DNA of 64,000 bases from Phoronis australis (GCA_002633005.1 NMRA01000108.1:921065-985064); one strand, 5' to 3'; counted from the stretch's first letter, positions 55,901-64,000 are shown. Made by a program: numbers and translations. Notes: a model not told the origin generated them from the sequence alone.

Positions 55901-58900
55901 CGACTATTATTAGTCCATACCACAGCCAGCCAGAAAATTTTGCTTAGAAAATTTGTAGGCTGATGTTAAAATACTCGATTAAAAACTTGTAATGAAGTGA
56001 AACATATTCGGCAGGGATAATTTGTTGCGTCATGACACAACCTTGTGCAAGAAGAAGAGTAGATGGAAAACTAGCTAATAAAAGAAACTGACCAATACGT
56101 GACGCTTTATTTCATGGGGCCATAGATTATTCTATGATGGCTCTGAAAGTTACAGAGTCTGAAACTGAAAGCTGACGAGTACTGAACTTCATAAACACTG
56201 ATAAGATATCGCTACAGAAATTCATCAGCAGAATAACAGTAGAACCTGTGAACGGCAATTGTTTCAACACCGGCAACTTATTTAGTTTACTCCAAGTGAA
56301 GTGTAGTTTTTAATGACACGAATTTTGAGTCAGATTTTATGAAATTGTGATTTATGACAATATGACATGTGATGTGGCCATAGATATTAGTAAAGAGATT
56401 CGCGACTCCGTGANCCGATCAACAACTTGTCAAGTTAATTCCGACACGTTTCGTAGCAATAATCCGACTTGAATGGCTCGTATACGCGACTTAGTTTGCA
56501 TTAAACGCAACAAATTAATTTCAAACTCAAAAATTTGCTTGACGTGCGTGAAATAAAAACGAAAGTTCACCTTCGTTACTATGCTTAGCCATGAGACCGG
56601 AAGTTTTGAATCCTGCTCACGTACTTTTGCGTTAGGCCGCGAGACTTCACGGAGTCGCGAATCTCTTTACTAATATCTATGATGTGACAACGCGCTCACT
56701 ACCAACAAGAAACTAGGGACACCTGGTGGTCATTGTTATACTCTTTTTCCTAAGCCGTTCCTAATGCACTGTCAAAAAAGCTTTTTGGAGCTGCATTTTG
56801 TGCTTTATAGCGCTGCTCACCGACATATTATCCTATCTTCATTGACTTGAGAAAACTAATGAGAGTTGTGGTTGGCTTATACTAAAATTGCAGTTTCGAA
56901 AATGTACGCATTGCCTTGTAACTCGGAAACTATAATTCAAGGTTAGATGAGCGTGGTGTAATGTTATTTTAATATTGAACCCCCAAAGTTCTTCAGTTAA
57001 GAATTCAACACTTACTGCTATAAACAGGGGCAAAATTTAGGTTTTATTAATATTCTCACTTGGTGCAGATTCGTCACTGCTGCTAGACTTTCAGCTTACA
57101 CTACGTGAGACGCGGCCTAAGAAGTCTCCCCCTGAAAATAGCCATTGCTTTCTTGTCTGTTAACCACTGGTAAATATAGAAGGTTGCCAGTGGGTAACTT
57201 ACATAGCTATATGCTGCCCTGTCATGCCCTCAGTCGAGACCCACCCCACCCAAAATTCCCGTTGTCGGGTTTTTTCAGCAGGACAGTGTAATTGACCTAT
57301 CGCCAGGAATTTGAGTGACGGCTTAACTGACCATTTAGAACTCATCGTTCTTGGCACACCTTCGTTTCCAAGCTGCCATTTTACCCGACAGACAACCCGT
57401 TACCGAGTAAAACTTATTGTTTGTTAATCGACATTACGCAAGGGGGCGGAGCTTGCGATAGGTCAATTAAAGTGTCCCACATGCGACTAAATGTGAATTG
57501 AAATGGCAAAACTATTAATTTTTTTTTGTTTTTTAAATCTCAGTGATATTAGCCCATGGCTAGACAGTGTTTTCTTTTAATATGTTAGAACTGGCATTAA
57601 ATATAATGGGATCGCCTCATAGCGCAACTTGCAAGACAGAAATTTCACTGTTCATACTTTTGTGGTAGACGTATACACGTTATCCATTAGTCGTATACGA
57701 TTTTGTATCAACTTCAAGTGGAGTGTGCACTCCATAGTTCAACGCAGCGGCGGATTTAGAGGGAGGGGGGGGGCAAGGTCACTTTTCAGTAATACAAATG
57801 TTCCCGAGAGTAAGTTGGGAAATTTACGCAAATCCAGTAAGAGCGCCCTGGCACCACCAGTAGACTAAAAATCTTGAATATTTTCAGACCTTATAACCAG
57901 CATCCTCCTTAAGGTGCATCTCTTCATTACTATATAGACATACAGGCCGTACGTGACCCATATACAACTCCAGATGTCTTCATTTCACGCATTCTTTCAA
58001 TTCCACGTACAGATGGGTCACAGGATTGCCTTTTTCCTTTTTCGCCAGTCTCTGGCTGCGGAATACACATTTGATATCTCAGTACAGCCGATTTATAGGA
58101 TCAGCAGGTTCTTGAGCCTTCTGAAATCAAGACACTTTTCATTGGCCAGCACATTATTGAGCAGTAGTCGTTTCTTTGAACAACACCGACACTTTTAGAT
58201 GATTTGTGACCGCGTTAGAGAGCATTTATTGATAGTACCCACCGAGGGTTCTATTCTCGTGGTACTGTCCCAGGTTAGTTCCTGCCAGAAATGCTACTGC
58301 CGCGACCAACTGCTAAGGGCTACTTTGTCCAGAACACAACGACGTCCACTGCATTTATCCCGCGGAGTGAGAGAAAGCAGGTTTGTTGTGCAGCAGGCAA
58401 TCTTTCTCACCTACGCGTGGGATGTATAAAAGAATTTATTTAGTTCTATTAGCGTATGTATCAGTAATTATACTAATAGCGTCACGTTTACTGCTGTAGA
58501 GTATCACCAATTTCTGAAAAATGATTACCAAAAATGCCCTTTTATCACTTTCCAAGTTTTCAAACATTATTGGGAATGCCTACAATTTTTCAAAATATGT
58601 GAAGGTAGCTATGGTACATAACTTTAACATGGAAAAGCATTTAATTTGTTGCTAAAATTGTGCCACGAAAATGCAAATAAAGCTTCACTTGCAGACTATA
58701 TTTATTCCGAATTGGTGAGATTTTACCGTTACTATGACATCCACAACAGCAGCTGTTGAAACTAGACTGCCGAAAAGCAAATACACATTCTGTTTTTGTT
58801 TTTACTCCTAATTTACAAACAAATTTGAAGAAACGAAAGCATAATTCGCAATGATGAGCACGATAATACTGACAATAGGATATTACAAAATTTGTTCCAC

Positions 58901-60825
58901 TTGGTTAGAAAAGCAGGTTAAAACACTAACTGAAAAACTACCAAAGTGCCAAAACAGAAAGTTCAACGAAGTTAAATGTTTTCGAAAAATGTCTTGCATT
59001 TTATTCCCTTTTATGATACACGCATAGAATTTTCGAAATTAGGTCTCACAAATTTGCCTTTGTGAAAGTTTCCCTTGTGGTTTGCACCGCCAAATGAGAC
59101 CGGAAAGTCACCTGCACTGGAATGATCCAGTTTTGTGCGGGTCGATCAACATCGTCAAAAGTAGAGGCGCGTCTACGGGGGGGGGGGGGGGCNGGGTTCA
59201 AACCCCTCTCGGGACAGGATCAAAAATAAAAATTTAAAAAAATGCAGCCAGGAAAACGAAATCACCAACTAAAAACCAAAAAAACCTTACATGGGAGGGG
59301 GAACCCCTTCCCGACCTTCCTTCCGGTCGGCGCTACGCGCCTCGGATTCGCATGAATCCTAACCCCCTGAGTAGAAAGGAAATGAACAGATAACGGGATT
59401 CCACTGAAAGAGGTCGAAGTAGTCCTCTCAACGTTTTCAGAGTAAGAAAAACTTCATAAGATGCAAACCAGATTATCAAGAATGTTCCAATGAACACATG
59501 TAAAGACTACCATTTTCTTAGAAATCAGTCTATATCGAGTGTTGTAGTTATCAAATCAAGCCTAATTTCAATGGCTTCATTTTCATTTTGATATTTTTTC
59601 ATCAAACGAGATTAAGACCTTGAGCTAAGATTCTAGACAACGAGAGATTTCTCTGCAAACCAGACGATTGTATTGGTCATTCTTCATACACATGCACCCG
59701 TGGCTCTGGCCGGATACAAGGAATAGTTTGGCCTCATACATCTTTTCATCTCCAATCTTAGAACCACTTTGAGTTTCGACAACCTATCAAACTACACCCT
59801 ATGAGTTTTTTAACAAGACTTTTTGGGTGTTAAAACCATGTTACAATGATGTGCTCGTGTACTACTAATGCCCTTCAACATATTTTTTTACAAAAACCAA
59901 ATGGTTTTCAAAAATTGGGTAATTTTATTATTTACTTTGTAGAATCAAAAATTGAAGGCTGCGTGATTGAAAAATCCACTCACATTCGATATTTTTTTCT
60001 GATATTCAGTAGATTTTTATGGTTTAATGATCAAGTAAACACCTAATATTTCAATTCCATGTAGAACTACTGATAAAATATCGAATATCTATAGTTTGTA
60101 TAATAAACATTAATCGTCTATTACATCCAATGTGGATGCCCGCGCAGTCACCTTGTCGACCACTGCCTCCCCTCCATACGGGTGTGACCAAAAACATAAA
60201 AACATGGAAGTGCCTTTTTAGGGGCATTGCCAACGTTTTCCTTCGAAAACATAATATCTTTAAAGGAGAATGCCACCCGATTTAATCAGTCTTTTTACTG
60301 TCTTAATCGGTCTATATCCACATCGCCTCGCATGCGGTCGTCTTCACCTTGCCGAGAAGTGTCGCGTTAACCTGAGGAAGGTGAGAAAAGACGGAGCGAC
60401 GTCAGTGGTTCATTTGCAGAGTGAATGCCGCTATGTTGCGGTGCATCGTTCCCGCTTGTCCGTACTATGAACCTGCGAGGAAATCGAGTATATCATTTTC
60501 TTTTCGACTTCCGAAATGCTTAGGAAGTGGCTCGCGGTAGTGAAGAATGAAAAGTATGCTGTCAATAGCAAGTATAACGCCGTGAAACATCTCCATGTCT
60601 GTGGCCGCATTTCATCGAGAGTGAGTCTTAACGAATGTCGGCTTACCAAAGCACTTTCCATACGTTCCGTTGCCTGTGCATGTTCAAGGGGCCTCTCTAG
60701 TATTTCTTGCTCAGTGTATTATTGTTCGAACTGGTAGCCAGTGAAACTTAACGATTCACCTCACCTGCACCTGTAAAATCTTCGTCGGATGAGCTCTTGT
60801 CTAAGTCGGGATTGCGAGTTGCCAT
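1967..60825 (-). CDS. Spliced gene model (span), uncharacterised protein of ~308 aa (327 aa with optional exon 14388-14444)
   Basis: Phase-compatible GT-AG exon chain translating to MATRNPDLDKSSSDEDFTGAG|GDFLGRVSRS|LSPPNNTR|IENQMVICTQ|LTCKRNSLLEIVGFKNEALQLAKTSAGGNDQSEAISKLSAEATAPIYNY|ICSKIPIAQGNPSTFSEQTHVPPDFKEPHSPFLLLPFLSNMGKLGQR|QMFDLCGTTKVKVIGALVLKG|FLERPHLRCIALHLENQKNSTVQQQ|TIVSEKHSFGGRLARE|FPFKFVW|ACYACRYLKKSHVILHFHEFRESVESRPA|SKLKLRSVGKLETVAHDMEM|LLDMSDEEEVPEVTESDLQELETCLQQAQ|NIMRWDNLLLVR|FELY*. Exons may be missing or wrong, especially at the 5' end. Confidence 0.6.
2079..2113 (-). CDS. Coding exon NIMRWDNLLLV(R)
   Basis: Acceptor gccttag, donor ag|gtgagc; phase 0 to 2; preceded by a 60-nt intron. 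Confidence 0.72.
2174..2261 (-). CDS. Coding exon LLDMSDEEEVPEVTESDLQELETCLQQAQ
   Basis: Acceptor gatgtcag, donor cag|gtcggt; GC-rich, acidic, protein-like open frame; phase 2 to 0. Confidence 0.8.
2277..2490. repeat. 59-bp minisatellite, ~3.5 copies
   Basis: Unit actacaagtttgactgaaacaagaaacggtcacatgacttggtgttgtgttatagccca recurs at ~2278, 2335, 2394 and 2453. Confidence 0.95.
2590..2680 (-). mobile_element. Partial copy of the tRNA-derived SINE family
   Basis: gtgggcccattgcactgatca...ggaaccatttttatgctttatt is the reverse complement of the SINE body at ~6970-7020. Confidence 0.65.
4264..4324 (-). CDS. Coding exon SKLKLRSVGKLETVAHDME(M)
   Basis: Acceptor tttacag, donor at|gtaagt; phase 1 to 2 fits both neighbours. 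Confidence 0.78.
5550..5760 (-). pseudogene. Possible decayed Tc1-type transposase fragment
   Basis: Across frameshifts reads QKHKRLIFACANLLWK...DWLH...VNSDECLL, resembling the Tc1 KHKxxRLxFAxxHxxW...WxxVxFSDE segment; judged by eye. Confidence 0.35.
6837..7074 (+). mobile_element. tRNA-derived SINE
   Basis: A-box-like tggcctagtgg, B-box-like gtttgagtccc, shared body gtgatcagtgtaatgggcccacatgcgcggcctgcgca, 3' hairpin gtctggt...accagac, T-rich tail; related copies at 21890 and 54347. Confidence 0.8.
10540..10624 (-). CDS. Coding exon ACYACRYLKKSHVILHFHEFRESVESRP(A)
   Basis: Acceptor gtgctag, donor cag|gtaagg; only one frame is open; phase 0 to 1. Confidence 0.75.
10705..10860. repeat. 21-bp minisatellite (ccctcaaattttgatccacca)
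   Basis: About 4.7 near-perfect copies at 10749-10847 with degenerate flanking copies. Confidence 0.95.
11040..11460 (+). pseudogene. Possible decayed non-LTR retrotransposon RT fragment
   Basis: Fragments NIVIALDQALR...IKNYELEMQI...QVTKCLNLKGITFTN resemble LINE RT C-terminal motifs (xVxxFKYLGxxF); contains stops and frameshifts. Confidence 0.35.
11975..12240. repeat. Degenerate ctagtt-rich tandem array
   Basis: Recurrent tctagtt/ttagtttt units; T-rich on a strand that is otherwise A-rich. Confidence 0.7.
12345..12700 (-). mobile_element. Possible PIF/Harbinger relic with MADF-like fragment
   Basis: ccgtttacact...agtaaacgg inverted motif beside the minus-strand peptide EWEEETRNKCTFLALFEREPLAFTNDESCRDKE, which resembles a MADF/Myb N-terminus. 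Confidence 0.3.
13879..13950. repeat. Palindromic (hairpin) dispersed repeat
   Basis: gtgcccacattttgagaaccagttt...aaactggttctcaaaatacgggcac; related copies at ~33060-33140 and ~51190-51265. Confidence 0.75.
14388..14444 (-). CDS. Optional phase 0-0 exon YGRGRSCSAQYVAAFCRPQ
   Basis: Good acceptor cccttttag, moderate donor cag|gtatta; 57 nt, frame-preserving and GC-rich. Confidence 0.4.
15238..15259 (-). CDS. 22-nt microexon FPFKFVW
   Basis: Acceptor catcgcag, donor tgg|gtaagt; phase 2 to 0. Confidence 0.6.
15315..15523. mobile_element. MITE (Harbinger-like)
   Basis: Inverted repeats ctgtttcactaaa (15321-15333) and tttagtgaaacag (15505-15517). Confidence 0.6.
16435..16481 (-). CDS. Coding exon TIVSEKHSFGGRLAR(E)
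   Basis: Strong acceptor ttcttctttcag, weak donor ga|gtatca; phase 0 to 2. An alternative parse is given in findings. Confidence 0.55.
16588..16700. repeat. ~36-bp minisatellite, 3 copies
   Basis: cactgcttcccatcatggggcccaccaacacaccaa repeated. Confidence 0.9.
16700..16921 (-). pseudogene. Decayed LINE reverse transcriptase fragment
   Basis: FMNGIVPECFDLGGIHMSGTQQIFAVDDLMVFRASGHVVLNKLDQV matches the RT [Y/F]ADD region pattern FMDxI...LLFADDLVL...LQxxLD. Confidence 0.6.
17683..17940 (-). pseudogene. Decayed LINE ORF2 C-terminal fragment
   Basis: ITKFMYMFESPCPYCV...KIQNVQICLR...TNTANLLHRLSK resembles YKxYIRPxFEYxxP...KLQxIQNxALR...LH. Confidence 0.45.
19400..19433. repeat. (CAAATA)n microsatellite
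   Basis: About 5.5 perfect units. Confidence 0.95.
19641..19717 (-). CDS. Coding exon (G)FLERPHLRCIALHLENQKNSTVQQQ
   Basis: Acceptor cttgcag, donor cag|gttagt; single open frame; phase 1 to 0. Confidence 0.75.
19850..20120 (+). pseudogene. Possible decayed LINE 3' fragment
   Basis: NNTELCWKTEILDHPEITSIDSR*WRARHAG resembles NEELYxxT...IxxRRxRWAGH. Confidence 0.3.
21890..22138 (-). mobile_element. tRNA-derived SINE
   Basis: Reverse-complement copy of 6837-7074 (head gaggagccagtggggcctagtg, B-box-like gtacgagtc, same 3' body). Confidence 0.8.
23872..23933 (-). CDS. Coding exon (R)QMFDLCGTTKVKVIGALVLK(G)
   Basis: Acceptor cctcgtcag, donor aag|gtaaga; single open frame; phase 2 to 1. Confidence 0.75.
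24788..24880. repeat. TA/TG low-complexity tract
   Basis: Largely alternating purine-pyrimidine run (tatatgtatgtgt...). Confidence 0.85.
30600..30753. mobile_element. hAT-like MITE (CAGTGGCGGAT family)
   Basis: Ends cagtggcagat / atctgcccctg; related ends at ~42057, 49170, 50936-51035, 53720, 57745 and 63963. Confidence 0.7.
33450..33830 (-). pseudogene. Decayed LINE ORF2 3' fragment
   Basis: STVHTILYCCESTKAT... and RIHQKRWEILLSRMQNTVHHLAL resemble xxLLYGCExW and IRxRRWxWxGHxxRM. Confidence 0.45.
37928..38355. mobile_element. MITE (Harbinger-like)
   Basis: Terminal inverted repeats agggcctttcatact / agtatgaaaaggcct with internal gttaac/gtcgac repeats. Confidence 0.7.
39595..39734 (-). CDS. 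Coding exon ICSKIPIAQGNPSTFSEQTHVPPDFKEPHSPFLLLPFLSNMGKLGQ(R)
   Basis: GC-rich open frame, donor aag|gtaata; the AAG acceptor is weak, but phase 0 fits exon 41085-41231. Confidence 0.65.
41085..41231 (-). CDS. Coding exon LTCKRNSLLEIVGFKNEALQLAKTSAGGNDQSEAISKLSAEATAPIYNY
   Basis: 147 nt, single open frame, acceptor ctccagtag, donor tac|gtgggt. Confidence 0.75.
42641..42671 (-). CDS. 31-nt exon IENQMVICTQ
   Basis: Acceptor gtttttcag, donor cag|gtaggt; all three frames are open, so the frame was chosen by phase. Confidence 0.55.
42686..42782. repeat. 14-bp minisatellite (gttggcaaggacat) x~7
   Basis: Perfect tandem copies. Confidence 0.97.
42868..43020 (-). mobile_element. hAT-type MITE, copy 1
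   Basis: Perfect 8-bp target-site duplication attacatc; sequence is a diverged reverse complement of 44009-44168. Confidence 0.85.
43573..44543 (-). mobile_element. Tc1/mariner relic carrying a nested hAT MITE
   Basis: ta|cagggtgaacca ... tgggtcaccctg|ta ends with TA flanks; decayed HTH-like peptide on the minus strand. Confidence 0.55.
44009..44168 (+). mobile_element. hAT-type MITE, copy 2
   Basis: TIRs cagtgctgtagtgg / ccactacagcactg; 8-bp TSD tatccacg / tatccaca. Confidence 0.9.
46669..47297. mobile_element. MITE related to 37928-38355
   Basis: Degenerate TIRs aggctgtttctcatac / cagtgagaagggcct with the same gttaact-rich subterminal repeats. Confidence 0.5.
47351..48352 (+). repeat. 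Copy 1 of a ~1-kb direct duplication
   Basis: Nearly identical to 49183-50175; ends exactly at the N at 48353. Confidence 0.95.
48354..49182. mobile_element. Young non-autonomous hAT-like element, left end lost at the N
   Basis: Starts in a G-run, ends tagatccgccactg (family TIR), CpG-rich. Confidence 0.7.
49183..50175 (+). repeat. Copy 2 of the ~1-kb direct duplication
   Basis: Differs from copy 1 by scattered substitutions and small indels. Confidence 0.95.
50936..51035. mobile_element. hAT-like MITE (CAGTGGCGGAT family)
   Basis: caggggtgtatccagg ... aaatctgccactg; inverted relative to 30600-30753. Confidence 0.65.
51138..51160 (-). CDS. 23-nt candidate exon LSPPNNT(R)
   Basis: Acceptor gataaccag, donor ccg|gtaagt; phase 0 to 2. 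Confidence 0.4.
54347..54536 (+). mobile_element. tRNA-derived SINE (short variant)
   Basis: A-box-like tagcctggttg, B-box ggttcaagtcc; 3' body shared with the 6837 copy; T tail. Confidence 0.85.
56379..56681. mobile_element. MITE with perfect 35-bp TIRs (P-element-like CATAGA ends)
   Basis: catagatattagtaaagagattcgcgactccgtga / tcacggagtcgcgaatctctttactaatatctatg; 7-bp flanks atgtggc / atgtgac; N at 56414. Confidence 0.85.
57100..57131 (-). CDS. 32-nt candidate exon (G)GDFLGRVSRS
   Basis: Acceptor tattttcag, donor agt|gtaagc; single open frame; phase 1 to 0. Confidence 0.4.
57880..58430 (-). pseudogene. Decayed LINE reverse transcriptase
   Basis: Collinear relics: VRKDCLL across a frameshift (GVRQGCxL), VLDKV, AVAFLAGT (DDxxLxA), SVLISEG, NRLY*DIKCVFRSQRLAKKEK, TLRRML; many stops. 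Confidence 0.6.
59162..59370. mobile_element. G-run MITE related to the element starting at 63963
   Basis: agaggcgcgtctacgggggg...ggttcaaacccc, internal ggcgctacgcgcc, end aaccccctga; N beside the G-run. Confidence 0.55.
60260..60630 (+). pseudogene. Frameshifted THAP domain, probably from a Kolobok- or P-type transposon
   Basis: From ATG 60433: MLRCIVPACPYYEPARKSSISFSFRLPK / LRKWLAVVKNEKY...HLHVCG / HF gives the C2CH THAP signature across two frameshifts; upstream ttaa|aggagaatgccaccc resembles a Kolobok end. Confidence 0.7.
60765..60825 (-). CDS. Candidate first coding exon MATRNPDLDKSSSDEDFTGA(G)
   Basis: caacATGg start context, donor cag|gtgagg, phase 1 fits 57100-57131; could instead belong to adjacent transposon debris. 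Confidence 0.4.
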
Positions 60826-61311
60826 GTTGACGTTTATTATTCTGCGTTCTGTTTCAAAATTAATTATTCTCACCCTAACCAATGCTTCTATAAAACTGAA
60901 ACAAAGTCTGTCTCATTAGATACAGTTTGTGATGCCTTTGGAGTATTCGTGAGTGCAAATGTTTTGAGAAGCCTAGTAATGAATAAACCACTGCTTTACC
61001 AGCTTCAAATGCAATAAAGGTAATTGACCGGGCACCGAGGCCGAGTGAGCGTATCATATGCTAATTTAGTGTTTGCTGACAGAAAGCTGTTGTGAAACAA
61101 TAACTCGATTTTGTATGCTGTGGTCACATGTTAGGGCAGGGGATATACAAATACAATATTCTAGACCGGGATCCCAGAGCTTTTGTGGGCATGAAAAGGT
61201 AACCTTTGGTGCCACAGTGCTCTGTGGTTATCCTGATGCTTGGAAATGGTCGTCTAGCAGGTTCGCTCTGGTGAGTGTGGTCAGGAGAGGCAAGAGAATG
61301 ACCCTAAAAAA

Positions 61312-61525
61312 TTGAGCTATATCAACATTTTCCCGACTATGCTAGATGTATTCTTTGCCCTGAACCGCCCAAACAACGCCAGATGGGAAACATTGTTTTA
61401 CGAAAAGTTGAAATTCGCAGACCCAATATTACGTGAAGTGCTGGAAAACGGTGCGTTCTCAGTGCGACCTACGATGAAAAACATCCATAGATCGGCTGTT
61501 GGCCTCTCTTTGGAGCAGTCCGTAT
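61312..61525 (+). pseudogene. DNA transposase fragment (possibly CMC/Chapaev-like)
   Basis: FFALNRPNNARW...LREVLENGAFSVRPTMKNIHRSAVGLSLEQSV matches a motif I recall from invertebrate DNA transposases (FFAxNxxNYARW...GAFSVRRT...DLxLEQTVN); superfamily uncertain. Confidence 0.65.
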
Positions 61526-62874
61526 TTTTATATTTGATATGGTGTTCTCCAAAAAGGCTGAAAACACCTCTGCGGCACCTGATATTGGGTTCGTATGGTC
61601 GTGTTAGATTGCGTGGAAACTATCAAAGCTGTAACGTAGATAAACTATTCTGTTCAAGTTGAGAGCATGTTATTCACAATTCGTGGGTATAACGAGTCTT
61701 GTTAGTTTTTCAGTTAGTTTGATTGACAATCATTTCATTTGCGCGACACGGATATGCAGGCAATGGAACTGTTCGCCTTTTGTCTTAACAGTGAATATAA
61801 AACACGTTCGAATTAATTATTCATAGATGTTGTATATGGTGCTCAGTCACCATGGCGACGGCCCCGGGCATCTACATCATTGGGGAAGGGGGTATCCAAC
61901 CACTATGAATAATCTAAGTTGGAAATATTGACTGAATTGCAGTTGAATTAAATAAAGTTTCTAGTTTGTGTTTCACCTTTTTACTTTTATTATTAATAGT
62001 ACAGGCCTGTAGCCGCCGCTGAAAAGGTCCAGCCCCAGCATATTCGTTAAAGATAGGATATGAATGTACAATAACAACAAAGTTGTTGCAGCTACTGGTG
62101 CTACTAACTACAATGATAACTAAGTTAGCAATAATTTTGAATTTGTTTCTCATAAGCGCTTCACGTGGCATCGGGCCGTACTTCGCCCGAGTAACGCTGT
62201 TTGTTTAGATGACAGGATCGTGCATACGATAAGAGGAGGCTTTATGTTATCCATAAACAACGCGCGTGGTGTCTACAACAAAGGGTAACAAGTGAGTCCA
62301 GAAGTGATTGTCCATACCTAAGCACAAAAGGCTAGCCCTAAGACTTAAGTAAGCTTCATGTTATGTATGTAGCAATTAGAGAGCTCCCAAAAAGTAGTGC
62401 GGTGTGAATGCCTTAAACTCGGCCAAGAAACAAAACAGCAGAAAAATTGAGATTTGTCATTCTGCGATTTTTGGTTTAATTGCAACCATAATATGGTTAA
62501 GTGCAGGTATTTTCAAATTTTGAATTGAAAGTGATCGTCAAATATGCAAATATGTTGTTCATCCAGTGTCCACTTTGACTGTGGACTCATTGACATGCAT
62601 GCGTGTACACGTTTAAGCGGATCTGTTCTGTTTTAAATTCAGTACTTGCTGACGGTAAGTTCATTATAGGCAGTCCTTCGTCGTGCTAAAAAACCAGACA
62701 TTCAACTACCGCATTTTCTTTCAATGAGAATACCCGGTCGAGCATTTTCACGTTACGATGGAAAAGTAGGGCTAGACCTCAACTATAGTCAACGAAAATC
62801 TTCTCTAGTCAATCATTGTCAATGGTGTACAACCCTGCAGAATTCATACGAGCTACAAACTTGACGGAAAAGAT

Positions 62875-62965
62875 TTCCAAGGTTCCATATCACCATGACG
62901 AAGGTTCAATACTCCGAAGGTCCAGTACTCCGAATGCCCATTACTCCGAAGGTTCGTTATCTTCT
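62875..62965. repeat. Degenerate ~15-16-bp tandem (actccgaaggttc), likely transposon subterminal repeats
   Basis: Several copies here, more at ~63400, and inverted copies at 63925-63962. Confidence 0.65.
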
Positions 62966-63003
62966 AAAATTCACAACAACTTTGAATTTCCACTATTCCA
63001 AAA

Positions 63004-63398
63004 CCAGGTTCCGGTCTCTAATCTTTGTATTCGAAATGAGCTCGAAAGAATTTTTGGCAATTTCTCTTCTCCTTTTGTGCGAACTCAAGACAAGTGTTAT
63101 CAGACTGTGCTCGAATAATTATAGTTTATGTATATGAGTTTGCATTTAAAAAACCTTCTATTCGTGCTACAAACTCTATTAAAAACTTGAAATTTTGAGT
63201 TCAAACTCGAACTTTTAGCTTTCATGTTGGATTTGTCAACTGCAAATTAGGACTAATAAATCATCCGCGTAAGTCATTATGTACTTGAACGTATAGAGTA
63301 ATAGGCACTTATCTTGAGTTCGCACAAAAGTAGAGTAAAAATGTCAAACATAATTTCGAATTCCATTTCGAGTAAAAAGATTAGAGACTGGGCCCAGA
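63004..63398. mobile_element. MITE with ~100-bp imperfect TIRs
   Basis: gtctctaatcttt...cttttgtgcgaactcaaga is mirrored by tcttgagttcgcacaaaag...aaagattagagac. Confidence 0.8.
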
Positions 63399-63962
63399 AC
63401 TCCGACAGTTCACTACTCTGATTGTGTGATCACGACTCATTCTCAAGCAGAGACAACATTTGAGGCACGGCTGCGGCGACCAACGGCGTTTTCAAATTTA
63501 AGAAGACTAAATGGGACTCCCTGACTTCGTGAGGACTGGCAGTGACAGGGTGGCCTAATAACTTCATTTAGTTTTAACCCGGCCGTGTGCGTCGCGCTGC
63601 GATTCGATCTTACATGGATTTAATGAATTGTGTCACGGTTGATAATTCATCAGTATTCCTATTTCATACCATTTTAAAATGCAAGTGCGAACTCAACTTA
63701 AGCCATGCGGGCAATTTCGCATGCACATGAAGTCTGACTACCTTTTCTAGTTGTGCTGGCCACCTGGAGACGGTGGTCACTGTCTACATAAAATTCAAAC
63801 AAAGTGTTTTAGTGCCCGGGCGTTGTTTTCGGTATAGGTGCATCTAATAACCGAAATATCGTTTATTTTAGCAGGTAAACGTTTAAAAATCACATCAGAG
63901 TTTGAAAGTTAAGATATTTTTGGAATCTTCGGAGTGATGAATCGTCGAAGTAGTGAACCTTC

Positions 63963-64000
63963 CAGTGGCGGATCTACGGGGGGGGTTCAGGGGGTTTAAA
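63963..64000 (+). mobile_element. Left end of a CAGTGGCGGAT-family element (cut by window edge)
   Basis: cagtggcggatctacggggggg. Confidence 0.7.

Noticed and set aside
57943-58120. Frame with two in-frame TGA codons (KAQEPADPINRLY*DIK...ECVK*RHL) as a selenoprotein or readthrough exon
   Set aside because: Better explained as part of a decayed LINE RT, with collinear motifs and stops in other frames; no SECIS seen.
60818-60831. gttgccatgttgac as an RFX X-box implying a ciliary gene
   Set aside because: The second half-site mismatches and the motif overlaps the putative ATG, so coding context explains it.

Overview
AT-rich, repeat-dense eukaryotic DNA, probably from an invertebrate animal; I see no operons, rRNA, intact tRNA or CRISPR. 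Nearly all ORFs in the supplied track are noise or transposon relics. By hand I assembled one minus-strand spliced gene of about 15-16 short GT-AG exons spanning roughly 1967-60825. Splice phases are compatible throughout and the product is a ~308-327 aa protein I do not recognise. The 3' and central exons are well supported; the 5' microexons are tentative. The introns hold tRNA-derived SINEs, several MITE families (hAT-, P-, Harbinger- and Tc1/mariner-like), decayed LINE RT fragments and minisatellites. A THAP relic (~60.3-60.6 kb) and a transposase relic (~61.3-61.5 kb) flank the putative first exon. A ~1 kb duplication around an N (47351-50175) looks like two alleles differing by a transposon insertion. 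I cannot claim a new biological system. The best leads are the unrecognised microexon-rich gene, minisatellites sitting just upstream of its 3' splice sites, and YAG|GT junctions in its long introns. All calls are by eye, with no searches run.
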